In this document: positions 56,247-63,763 of the stretch, piece by piece
Layout of the letters: every line of letters begins with the position of its first letter
How positions within the stretch are numbered: position 1 is the first letter of the stretch
DNA from: an uncultured virus (IMG/VR IMGVR_UViG_3300035182_002585)
Lineage: Duplodnaviria; Heunggongvirae; Uroviricota; Caudoviricetes
DNA length: 64,000 nucleotides
Strand: one strand, 5' to 3'
IMG/VR virus record: IMGVR_UViG_3300035182_002585
Notes under the pieces: generated by a model
What the model saw: only the letters and a program-made list of their open reading frames with translations
Told to the model about the DNA's origin: nothing
Databases searched by the model: none
Program-made: the position numbers and the translations under genes

Positions 56247-56335
56247 GTCTGTCCTTTCATTCCCGAGGGAATTCAGAACAGAGGCGCGTCCGCCTTTCCT
56301 TTGGTCGCGTCCATGAGGGGGTACTGTACTCTAGA

Positions 56336-56578
56336 TCACGGGGTGTCGCACTCCGTGACTCCGAACTCCTGCACCACGGCGTCGATCGCCTTCTGATAGG
56401 CATCCACCCGGGCGACGGCCGCACCGAGAAGATACTGACTCTCCTCGTGTACGGAGTGAATCTGGATTGTAGCCCGCGCCGAGTCCCGGTAGCCCTTGAG
56501 GACCCCCAAGAGCTTCTTTGGGTCTGGCTTGAGCGGCTGACCTCTGGTGGGCTCGATCTCCTTGTCGCTCCAGGCCAT
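56336..56578 (-). CDS. Hypothetical protein
   Basis: GAGGAG RBS. Confidence 0.55.
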   Translation of the reverse strand: MAWSDKEIEPTRGQPLKPDPKKLLGVLKGYRDSARATIQIHSVHEESQYLLGAAVARVDAYQKAIDAVVQEFGVTECDTP

Positions 56579-56589
56579 GTTCAGGCTCC

Positions 56590-56724
56590 TCAGGGAAGGA
56601 TTCTTGTCCCACGCACTGTATCCCCACGGTAATCAGCGGCAGCGAGGGCTCGGAAGGCGGCCTTGATGACCGGCGCGGACGCCCGAGGGTTGATCTCCAG
56701 ATCGTCGTAGAGAGAAGCCGTCAT
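56590..56724 (-). pseudogene. Truncated J-domain (DnaJ helices I-II, no HPD)
   Basis: MTASLYDDLEINPRASAPVIKAAFRALA; GGTGTA 9 nt upstream. Confidence 0.7.
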
Positions 56725-56747
56725 GGTCTCTTGTACACCGGCAACGG

Positions 56748-57227
56748 CTACTCCTGGGGGAGGAGCGCCTTCAAGATCGGCGTGGGGTCGAGGATGTTCG
56801 AGGGGTAGGGAGTGTCGCGCTCTTGCAGCTCACAGCAGTTGCGCGTCCCGTGCGTGTACAGCTCCAGGTGGAGCATGGACAGAGGACGGCCCTTGTCGTG
56901 TCGAAGGACACGCTTCACGTGGCCGATGATGCCCCCCTCGGCCACGCGGTCCCCCACGAACACGAACTCCATGACCTCCCCGTAGAGGAAGACGCCCGAG
57001 GCGCCCTCGACGAGAACCGCACGGGTCGGGAGCCACCAATTGCAGCCGGCTTGAGGGCCGGTGAAGTCGACGATGGCGACGACCTCACCGGCCTCGATAG
57101 CGGTCACAGGGTGGCCCACCGGAGCATAGAGGTCGACCCCGAGGTGGACATCGTGCTTGCGCACAGCACCAAAGCAGCCGTGAGAGGGAGGAAGGGACGC
57201 GTAGAGGTTGGGCAGCGGCCAGCGCAT
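56748..57227 (-). CDS. M23 metallopeptidase
   Basis: HLGVDL...V.A...G.V; MLHLE. Confidence 0.88.
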   Translation of the reverse strand: MRWPLPNLYASLPPSHGCFGAVRKHDVHLGVDLYAPVGHPVTAIEAGEVVAIVDFTGPQAGCNWWLPTRAVLVEGASGVFLYGEVMEFVFVGDRVAEGGIIGHVKRVLRHDKGRPLSMLHLELYTHGTRNCCELQERDTPYPSNILDPTPILKALLPQE

Positions 57228-57242
57228 GGTTTGACGGTAGGG

Positions 57243-57695
57243 CTACACCGACTGCGCTTTCAAGCGGAGCCGCTCGTAGCTCTTCCGCCTGGACTCGTTC
57301 GAGCTGTAGCAGCTCTCGCAGAGAGGGGTAGGCTCCGCGTCGACCGCATTCATCCCGCGAACGATGGTGGCCTCTTTCGTCGCCACGTTCGTGCAGGCGA
57401 AGTGCCGGCACGCGAGCACCGTCGGCACGGCCTCCAAGGCCGCAAGCCTCGCCTTGGCGCTGAGGATGGAATCCACGCACTCCTGCCTCATCTCGTCGCG
57501 CACGCGGTCCGGCAGCACCGTGACCTCTTCCCACCCGTAGCCGTAGGAGTCCCTCGTCTCGCCCGTGCACGTGTGGCGTGCCCACTCGCGGGCCATCTCC
57601 TTGAGTTCTTCCTCGTCGGCACGATACGAATCATGGACGAGGAGGTACTTGACCTCCTCGCCGGCACCACCACGGACCCAGAGCTTAACCCACAT
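57243..57695 (-). CDS. Hypothetical protein with C-terminal Zn finger
   Basis: Class A motif; ORF ends GTG TAG. Confidence 0.6.
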   Translation of the reverse strand: MWVKLWVRGGAGEEVKYLLVHDSYRADEEELKEMAREWARHTCTGETRDSYGYGWEEVTVLPDRVRDEMRQECVDSILSAKARLAALEAVPTVLACRHFACTNVATKEATIVRGMNAVDAEPTPLCESCYSSNESRRKSYERLRLKAQSV

Positions 57696-57747
57696 GATCT
57701 CATCTACACCGTGGGGCCGGAGTCGATCCATCGGTGTAGAACGGGGC

Positions 57748-58290
57748 ATGGCGAACTACAGCCACATCCACCTGGCGGAGCCCACGACCCCCGAGGAGCT
57801 GGAGGAGCGCCTCAAGGAAGCGGTCCTGATGTGGTTCAACGGGCGGGCGCAAGTCATCACCGCTCCGTGGGAGCACCAGAACCCCACCTGGTTGGTCTAC
57901 ATCCCCGGAACGGCGCAGAGTGACGAGAAGAAGGCTCTGCACAGCATGCTCGCGCCGGGAGAGGACGTGGGCTTCCCCGTGGAGCTGGAGGGCGAGGGAC
58001 GCACGATCGCCTTACGTCACTCGCCCAACATGTGCGAGACCTGGATGCGAGGTTGCATCGAAGAGATGCTCTCGGAGGTCTACGGGGTGGGCGTCTTCTA
58101 CGACGCCACTGACAGGCTGGCCCCACCGGGCTCGCGTGAGTACCGAAGGGGCCGCCGCCTGTTCGACTACCTGTCGCGCAACTTCAAGCGGCCCCTGACG
58201 AAAGAGGACATCGCCTATCTGTCGCGCTACCGGACGGGGTGCCCGGCGGGGTTCTGGGGAGGGCCCGGCGGCGAGCCCACCCCCGGATGA
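57748..58290 (+). CDS. Hypothetical protein
   Basis: GGTGTA at 57733-57738. Confidence 0.7.
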   Translation: MANYSHIHLAEPTTPEELEERLKEAVLMWFNGRAQVITAPWEHQNPTWLVYIPGTAQSDEKKALHSMLAPGEDVGFPVELEGEGRTIALRHSPNMCETWMRGCIEEMLSEVYGVGVFYDATDRLAPPGSREYRRGRRLFDYLSRNFKRPLTKEDIAYLSRYRTGCPAGFWGGPGGEPTPG

Positions 58291-58319
58291 GAGCCCTTAG
58301 AGCACCGTCTCTTAGCGGC

Positions 58320-58438
58320 GTGTGTACCAGGGGAATCCCCGGAAGGGTCATCGGAAACCCTGGCGCCATGTTCGAGAGACCGCCGAAGACCTCGTTGGTC
58401 TTCTGGAAGACAGCGCACTCGGCCGGGTCGTACTTCAT
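58320..58438 (-). pseudogene. NADAR (YbiA-like) N-terminal fragment
   Basis: F.KTNE.FGGLSNMAPGFP, then an abrupt change before the expected SEA.YQA segment. Confidence 0.65.
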
Positions 58439-58447
58439 GGGGGCCGT

Positions 58448-59122
58448 CTACACCGCGCCCTGGTTGACGTACGCGCGCAGGGCCGGGAGGACCTTGTGGT
58501 TCTTCCACTGGTTGAACATCGCGTAGCCCTTGGCCGTCGAGAACTTCGCGCTGATTCCCGGCAACATGCGGAACGCATCCACGTCCGCGATCCCGTCGGC
58601 CGCGAGCTTGAAGTAGGCGGGCAGGTCGGGGTGGATGTCGGTGAGGAAGGCCGTCACGCGGTCGATCTGATCGGCCGTCATCGGCGCATCGAGGTTCGCG
58701 CTCGGATCCTCGACCTTGACCGCCTCGACGCTCTGCTTCGCGTGGTATTTGGCTCGACGCGAGGTCTTCTGCTTCGCGTTCTCCATGTGGAAGCGCAGCG
58801 CCGTCATCACGAAGTACGTCGCCGACTGGAGGTTGTGCCCGCCCTTGATGTTGGGCTCCGTGAGGAACGAGAGCTGGAAGTCGCTCAGCGTGTCCCGAGC
58901 CACTTCGAGGCTCAGACCCCCCGCCTGGAGCATCTTCATCGCTTGCGCTCCGAACACGTCGCCGTAGCCCTTCGGGAGCTTGCTAGTGAGGCGAGGGCTC
59001 GACGTATCGAACTCGGTGGCCGGGACCCCGTTGATGTCCGGCATGCCCGTGATGCCCGCGCGGAGGAACTCCACGTAGACGATGAGGCCGAAAACCGATG
59101 CGATGGGGTCGATGTTGTTCAT
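58448..59122 (-). CDS. Putative divergent sigma-70/ECF-like factor
   Basis: EVARDTLSDFQLSFL...YFVMTALRFHMENAKQKTSRR (region 2-like); LTDIHPDLPAYFKLAADG (region 4-like). Confidence 0.45.
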   Translation of the reverse strand: MNNIDPIASVFGLIVYVEFLRAGITGMPDINGVPATEFDTSSPRLTSKLPKGYGDVFGAQAMKMLQAGGLSLEVARDTLSDFQLSFLTEPNIKGGHNLQSATYFVMTALRFHMENAKQKTSRRAKYHAKQSVEAVKVEDPSANLDAPMTADQIDRVTAFLTDIHPDLPAYFKLAADGIADVDAFRMLPGISAKFSTAKGYAMFNQWKNHKVLPALRAYVNQGAV

Positions 59123-59166
59123 GTCCCCACTACAATGCGGAGTAGGGGGCGATCCATCGGCGAAGC

Positions 59167-59922
59167 TCAGAACGTGTCGACGGACTCGTCCACCAGGCTC
59201 GCGAAGATGCGCTCGTAGAGGTTCGGCACGTCCTGACGCACCAGGTCGTAGAACCGCCCCTCACAGTCGGACGAGCAGACGACCGCGAAGCCCTCCCTCT
59301 CGTCCACAACGTAGCGGACGGTTTTCCAGGGGGAATCCTTGAACCGCTCCGGCAGCTTCTCCCCCACCTCGTGCGTGTAGAGGCTGCCGTGCCGCTTGAA
59401 GCAGACGATGCAGAACTCTTTCTCCGGCATCACGGGCGGCGTACGGGCGGCGATCTCCACCCGGATGCGCAGCAACTCCTCGCGGAAGTAGGCGCAGTCC
59501 GAGCAGTAGTCGTTCGCCCGGACCCCATGACTGCACGGGCCATAGTGCTCCGGGTTCAGGTTGCGGGGCGCGTCCGGGGGCCCGTAGTCCTTGCCGTTGG
59601 GCGCCGGGTCGAGCACGAAGGGCTTTTTGGCCCGGCTGTTGGGGCTCCACCCCGCCTTGAGAGCGGCCTCGATGGCGTTGCGTACGTCCTTCGGAGAGAA
59701 GGCCGCCTGGTGGGTGCGGGCGTTCTCCGGGTCGCGCTCGTGCTCGTCCAGCCAGTTCTTCGAGAAGAACTGCGTCGTGAGCATCGCCCCACTCGGGGAG
59801 AGCACAACGAGGTTCACGCTCTTGGGGCTCCACCCCTGGTATCTGTGGGGGGAGTGCCACCGCGCCTTCCACTGGTAGGCGATGTCTTCGACCGTGATGT
59901 TGCGAGCACCGCTGAGGGCCAT
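59167..59922 (-). CDS. Hypothetical protein, probably two domains
   Basis: R.I.V....YQW...P.DV..AI..AL..GW.P; C-terminal Cys motifs. Confidence 0.65.
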   Translation of the reverse strand: MALSGARNITVEDIAYQWKARWHSPHRYQGWSPKSVNLVVLSPSGAMLTTQFFSKNWLDEHERDPENARTHQAAFSPKDVRNAIEAALKAGWSPNSRAKKPFVLDPAPNGKDYGPPDAPRNLNPEHYGPCSHGVRANDYCSDCAYFREELLRIRVEIAARTPPVMPEKEFCIVCFKRHGSLYTHEVGEKLPERFKDSPWKTVRYVVDEREGFAVVCSSDCEGRFYDLVRQDVPNLYERIFASLVDESVDTF

Positions 59923-59960
59923 ACAGAGGGATACACCGCCCGCTGGTGTACTAGCGCCAC

Positions 59961-60160
59961 ATGGCTTGGGAATCCGGCCTCGTCGAGAGGCTCAAGAAGG
60001 GCGAGACCGTGCAGTTTCGACCGCACGGGAACTCCATGGTGCCGATCATCAAGAGCGGCCAGCTCGTGACCGTGGCCCCCCTTCAAGTCTTCGGCGACGA
60101 GGCGGGCCGAGAGGTCGACGGCGTGCAGAGATGCGTCCAGAAGGGAGACGCAGTGTTCTG
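59961..60160 (+). pseudogene. S24/S26 peptidase-like protein, C-terminally truncated
   Basis: GNSMVPIIKSG...KGDAVF, then runs into the antisense DUF262 end. Confidence 0.6.
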
Positions 60161-60899
60161 GATGGCGCGGCGGAGAGCATCTTCCACCTCGTCCGCGCCC
60201 ATGCGAGTCCCCGCCGTGTTCAGCCGGCGGAACATGTTCATCACGTTCGCGAGCGACCATTGGTAGGGCAGCCCGACCGTCGCGACGACGCGGTAGATGA
60301 GGTCATCCGCCAGACGGCCGGCGTGGTCCGCCCCGTCGGAAGCCTCGATCCAGCGCAGGATGTCCATGTCTTCGTCGGACCTCATCGTCGGACCTCATCG
60401 TCGGACCGTAGACGAGGTGCAGCGGGAGGACCGTCTTGCTCAGGGGCACGTCGACGACGAACTTGCCCGCAGCGAAGTCGTAGGCGAAGCGCTTCGAGGT
60501 GAAGGCTTGGTGCAGGCTGACGAGACGCTGCTGACCATCGATGACGAGGAAGCCTCGCTTCTTGTTCGCGTCGGAGAGGGGGACGCCCCCCACGGTCTTG
60601 ACCTCGGGGAGGATGTCGTAGCTCTCCCACAGAAGCAGCGAGCCCACGTAGTAGCCGCACCACAGCGAATCGAGCAGATGCAGGACTTGCCCGTCGGTCC
60701 ACAACGTGCCCGCGCCGATCTGCTCCACGAGCTGCCGCACGGTCCCCGCCGCCCCCTCCTACCGAGGAGGAGCTGGCTCGACTGCCCGAGCACAGCGGGT
60801 CTCGTCGCCAAGTGCCGGGCGAGGCGCTCGTCGTCGTACTGCTTGTCCCGCGCCATTCGAGGGCGGCGGCTTCTTCGAACGCACGGAACTACGACCCAT
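60083..60899 (-). pseudogene. DUF262 (GmrS/ParB-like) pseudogene with multiple frameshifts
   Basis: LLDSL..GY.VGSLLLW, VIDGQQRL, F.RLN..G; 13-bp duplication at 60373-60398. Confidence 0.8.
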
Positions 60900-60932
60900 G
60901 TTCCCTCTACACGGCGGCGACGGGCCGATCCA

Positions 60933-62288
60933 TCACAGCCTCGGGAACTTGTCCAACGCGGTCGGCCCGTGCGACTTGATGACCACCGGGACCCCGAGGC
61001 GCTCCGCTACCTTGGTGTCCATGTTGGTCGAGGGGGTCTGCCACATAATGGGCTTGGCCGTGAACAGGGCCTTCGTGATACGCTCCTGCCGGTCGAGGTC
61101 GACCTTGGGGTCATGGCGGATGCGAGTCGCCCGGTTCAGCTCCCCATCGAAGAGGTTCGGGTCGATGTTGTCATCCAGACGGTAGCCCGTGCAGACGTTC
61201 AGGTCCCCTGCCACGTGGGACAGGCGGTCGAGGCAGGTCAGCGCAAGGCCGTCGACGGGCCCGAGCACATCGAGGGCGTACCGCGCGGCCACGAGGTCGA
61301 GGGCGCCGCTCCGGAAGTTCTGCTGCCACTCCCCGAAGGTGTTGTGGTCGTGCGAGGAACACGCGCCGTAGTGGCGCTCGTCCTCAGTGACGAACGGACC
61401 GGCTCCGTGGCGGGTCGCGTAGGCCCGTAGGACGGCGAGCTTGGTGACCTCCACCGGCTCCGCCTGGAGGGCCTCCAGGGCGTTCTTGAAGGTCGTGTGA
61501 GCCCACGTGGTGTGGGGGTGGAACCCGTAGTCCTCGTCGAGGAGCACGCCTTGGGAGCCCTCTCCAATGATGGTGGCGCCGGCTTCCGTAGCCGTGTGGA
61601 GAACGAGCCCGTCGGGGTCGATGTGGATGCGGGTAGCACACTGGACGAAGCGCTCCACGCAGTCTTCGACGGAGCTTTCGCTCTCCAGGATGTCCCGTTC
61701 CCGCTCGAACGTGGACGACGGAGAGGTGACCTTGAGAAGGGCCCGCATGGCGGACGTGGCCAAGAGCATCCGCTCCCGGACAGCTTCGAGCTTCTCCCTC
61801 AGGGTGCGACGCACGAGGAGGTCCGACGCACGGAGGGCCAGGTCCGGATAGCTCAGCGCGTCCTGGACGGTCTCGCCGATCCCCATACCGCAGCTCCCGT
61901 GACGGTTCTGGCCACGAGCCAGCTCCCGAAGTCGGTTGGCCGCGATGTGGAAGGGCGTGGTGAGAAGAGCGCTTTCTTCGACGTTGATCAGCGAGAGGGG
62001 GTTGTTGACCCCGAGAGTGTGCAGGTGCCTCGCCTCGCTGACCAGCGAGATGGGGTTGAAGAGCATGTGCCGGGTGAGCAACGTCCGCGCTCCGGCCAGC
62101 GTCCCGCTCCCGAACTGAGAGAACGTGTGGTGTTTACCATCAGGCGTTACGACCGAGTGTGCAGCCTGTGCGCCCCCACTGAACCGGAAGACGAGCTTCG
62201 CGTCATATTTTCGCGTCAAAAAATCGGTGGTGGAACCTTTACCCTCATCACCGTACCCCAGACCAACGACGATTAGTGCACGTCCCAT
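60933..62288 (-). CDS. purA: Adenylosuccinate synthetase, divergent PurA-type
   Basis: GYGDEGKG, RFSGG, HGSCGMGIGE, EGSQG.LLD, TRHGAGPF. Confidence 0.88.
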   Translation of the reverse strand: MGRALIVVGLGYGDEGKGSTTDFLTRKYDAKLVFRFSGGAQAAHSVVTPDGKHHTFSQFGSGTLAGARTLLTRHMLFNPISLVSEARHLHTLGVNNPLSLINVEESALLTTPFHIAANRLRELARGQNRHGSCGMGIGETVQDALSYPDLALRASDLLVRRTLREKLEAVRERMLLATSAMRALLKVTSPSSTFERERDILESESSVEDCVERFVQCATRIHIDPDGLVLHTATEAGATIIGEGSQGVLLDEDYGFHPHTTWAHTTFKNALEALQAEPVEVTKLAVLRAYATRHGAGPFVTEDERHYGACSSHDHNTFGEWQQNFRSGALDLVAARYALDVLGPVDGLALTCLDRLSHVAGDLNVCTGYRLDDNIDPNLFDGELNRATRIRHDPKVDLDRQERITKALFTAKPIMWQTPSTNMDTKVAERLGVPVVIKSHGPTALDKFPRL

Positions 62289-62326
62289 GGTTCTTACCCT
62301 AGTCTCCTTATCAAGTAGGGTCTGGT

Positions 62327-62971
62327 ATGACCGCAGGTGTCTGCCCGCAGTGCAAAGTCAACGTTGTCGTCCGCACCAAGAAGTTCGGGACACTCCCACG
62401 ATGCGATGAATGCCTCGAAAAGAACAAGAGGGGTCGCTACGACCGCCGCAACGCCAAGGTCAGAGCCGGTCGGTCAGTGCACCACGCTGCCAACGGTGAG
62501 AGGTACCCTGACAAGTCAACATTGATGGAAGTCGTCTGTGCCTTCTGTGGTGACCCCTTCCAGAGATCCAGTAAGGTGCGGGGTCGAGCAGTATGCCCCA
62601 CTTGCCAACCTAAGGCAGACGAAGAACGTAGAGAGAAAAACAGGAAAAAGGTCCAAGCACTATACTGGCGAGACCCGACAGAGGCCAAACACAAGAGGAT
62701 GCGGAGGACTCTGACTCAGATGGGTTTGAACCCCGACTGGTACGAGAAACAGCCGAAACTATGTGGTATCTGTGGTACAGACGACCCTGGTGAAAAGGGT
62801 TGGCATATCGATCACGACCACACGTGCTGCCCCCCTGGTGTTCGGCAAGGGTGTAGTAACTGTGTGCGAGGACTGCTTTGCAGTAATTGCAACACAGGTC
62901 TAGGACACTTCAAAGACGATCCAGTTAGACTCCGAGCAGCTATCGCTTGGGTACAGCGGTCTCGGGCGTGA
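62327..62971 (+). CDS. Endonuclease VII-family HNH (homing endonuclease-like)
   Basis: CGICG...HIDHDH...VRGLLCSNCN.GLG.FKDD; low GC; CTTATC 14 nt upstream. Confidence 0.88.
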   Translation: MTAGVCPQCKVNVVVRTKKFGTLPRCDECLEKNKRGRYDRRNAKVRAGRSVHHAANGERYPDKSTLMEVVCAFCGDPFQRSSKVRGRAVCPTCQPKADEERREKNRKKVQALYWRDPTEAKHKRMRRTLTQMGLNPDWYEKQPKLCGICGTDDPGEKGWHIDHDHTCCPPGVRQGCSNCVRGLLCSNCNTGLGHFKDDPVRLRAAIAWVQRSRA

Positions 62972-63194
62972 ACTCGACGGTGATGACCCAACGACCGCGC
63001 TTCTTCCCCGTGTCGGGAAGGATGTCGTTCGGGTAAACCCTGCACTCATCGTGTCGTTCGACGCGTTGCTCAGTCGGGAGGCTCCGCTCCTGTGCTTGCT
63101 CTTCCCACGAACGCTTGTCGAAGCAGAAGCACTCACAGTCACCAGAAGCGCAGTAGCCGTCGAGCACGGTGACCTTCTTGACGGTCTCTACCAT
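62940..63194 (-). CDS. Hypothetical protein
   Basis: Coupled to the Nudix gene. Confidence 0.55.
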   Translation of the reverse strand: MVETVKKVTVLDGYCASGDCECFCFDKRSWEEQAQERSLPTEQRVERHDECRVYPNDILPDTGKKRGRWVITVEFTPETAVPKR

Positions 63195-63196
63195 GT

Positions 63197-63703
63197 TCAG
63201 TGTCCCGGCCCGAAGAAGAACCAGCGGGCCGCCTCCGAGTGCGTCGCGAAAGCGAGGTTGATGGGGTCTTCGGGCGAGAGGATGACAATCTCCGAGACTT
63301 CTTCGTTGGGCACGAAGTCGTCAGGAGGCTCGACGGGTTGCGTGACGCCGAAGATGAGCACGCTCGTCCGGGCGGAATTCACCTTCACGTCGTGAAGGGA
63401 GAGCGTCGCTGGACTGACGACGATGCCCGTTTCTTCGAGCAGCTCCCGCGCCCCCGCTTCTTGCCACGATTCCCCCATCTCCATATAGCCTCCGGGAAGG
63501 GCAAGCTGGCCCTTCCCGGGTTCGGTGGCGCGCCGGATCGTCAGCAGGTGTGTCTCCCCGTCAGGGCGAAGAACGGCGACGAGCAGGGCGACGACGGGGA
63601 TGGGGTTGCGGTACGTGACCTGGTGGCACGCGCCGCACCTACGGGGCCAAGCCAGGTGTGTGTGCTTGGCCCCGCAGAACGAGCAGTGATCGTGGAGTCT
63701 CAT
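63197..63703 (-). CDS. Nudix hydrolase with an N-terminal Zn ribbon
   Basis: CSFCG...CGAC; LPGGYMEMGESWQEAGARELLEETG. Confidence 0.92.
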   Translation of the reverse strand: MRLHDHCSFCGAKHTHLAWPRRCGACHQVTYRNPIPVVALLVAVLRPDGETHLLTIRRATEPGKGQLALPGGYMEMGESWQEAGARELLEETGIVVSPATLSLHDVKVNSARTSVLIFGVTQPVEPPDDFVPNEEVSEIVILSPEDPINLAFATHSEAARWFFFGPGH

Positions 63704-63763
63704 CGAAGGCACACCCCGTTGTACACCAGGAAGCATTTCTCGATGTATAACGGGCCTGGGGGT

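Noticed and set aside
60933..62288. PurZ (2-aminoadenine Z-genome)
   Set aside because: Has Asp in GDEGKG as in PurA, not the Ser (GSTGKG) typical of PurZ; no DatZ/MazZ recognised nearby
98..63727. GGTGTA as merely a Shine-Dalgarno variant
   Set aside because: It also precedes long leaders and a non-coding unit, coexists with separate AGGAG sites and shares the GTA core with the class A -10; not fully excluded without TSS data
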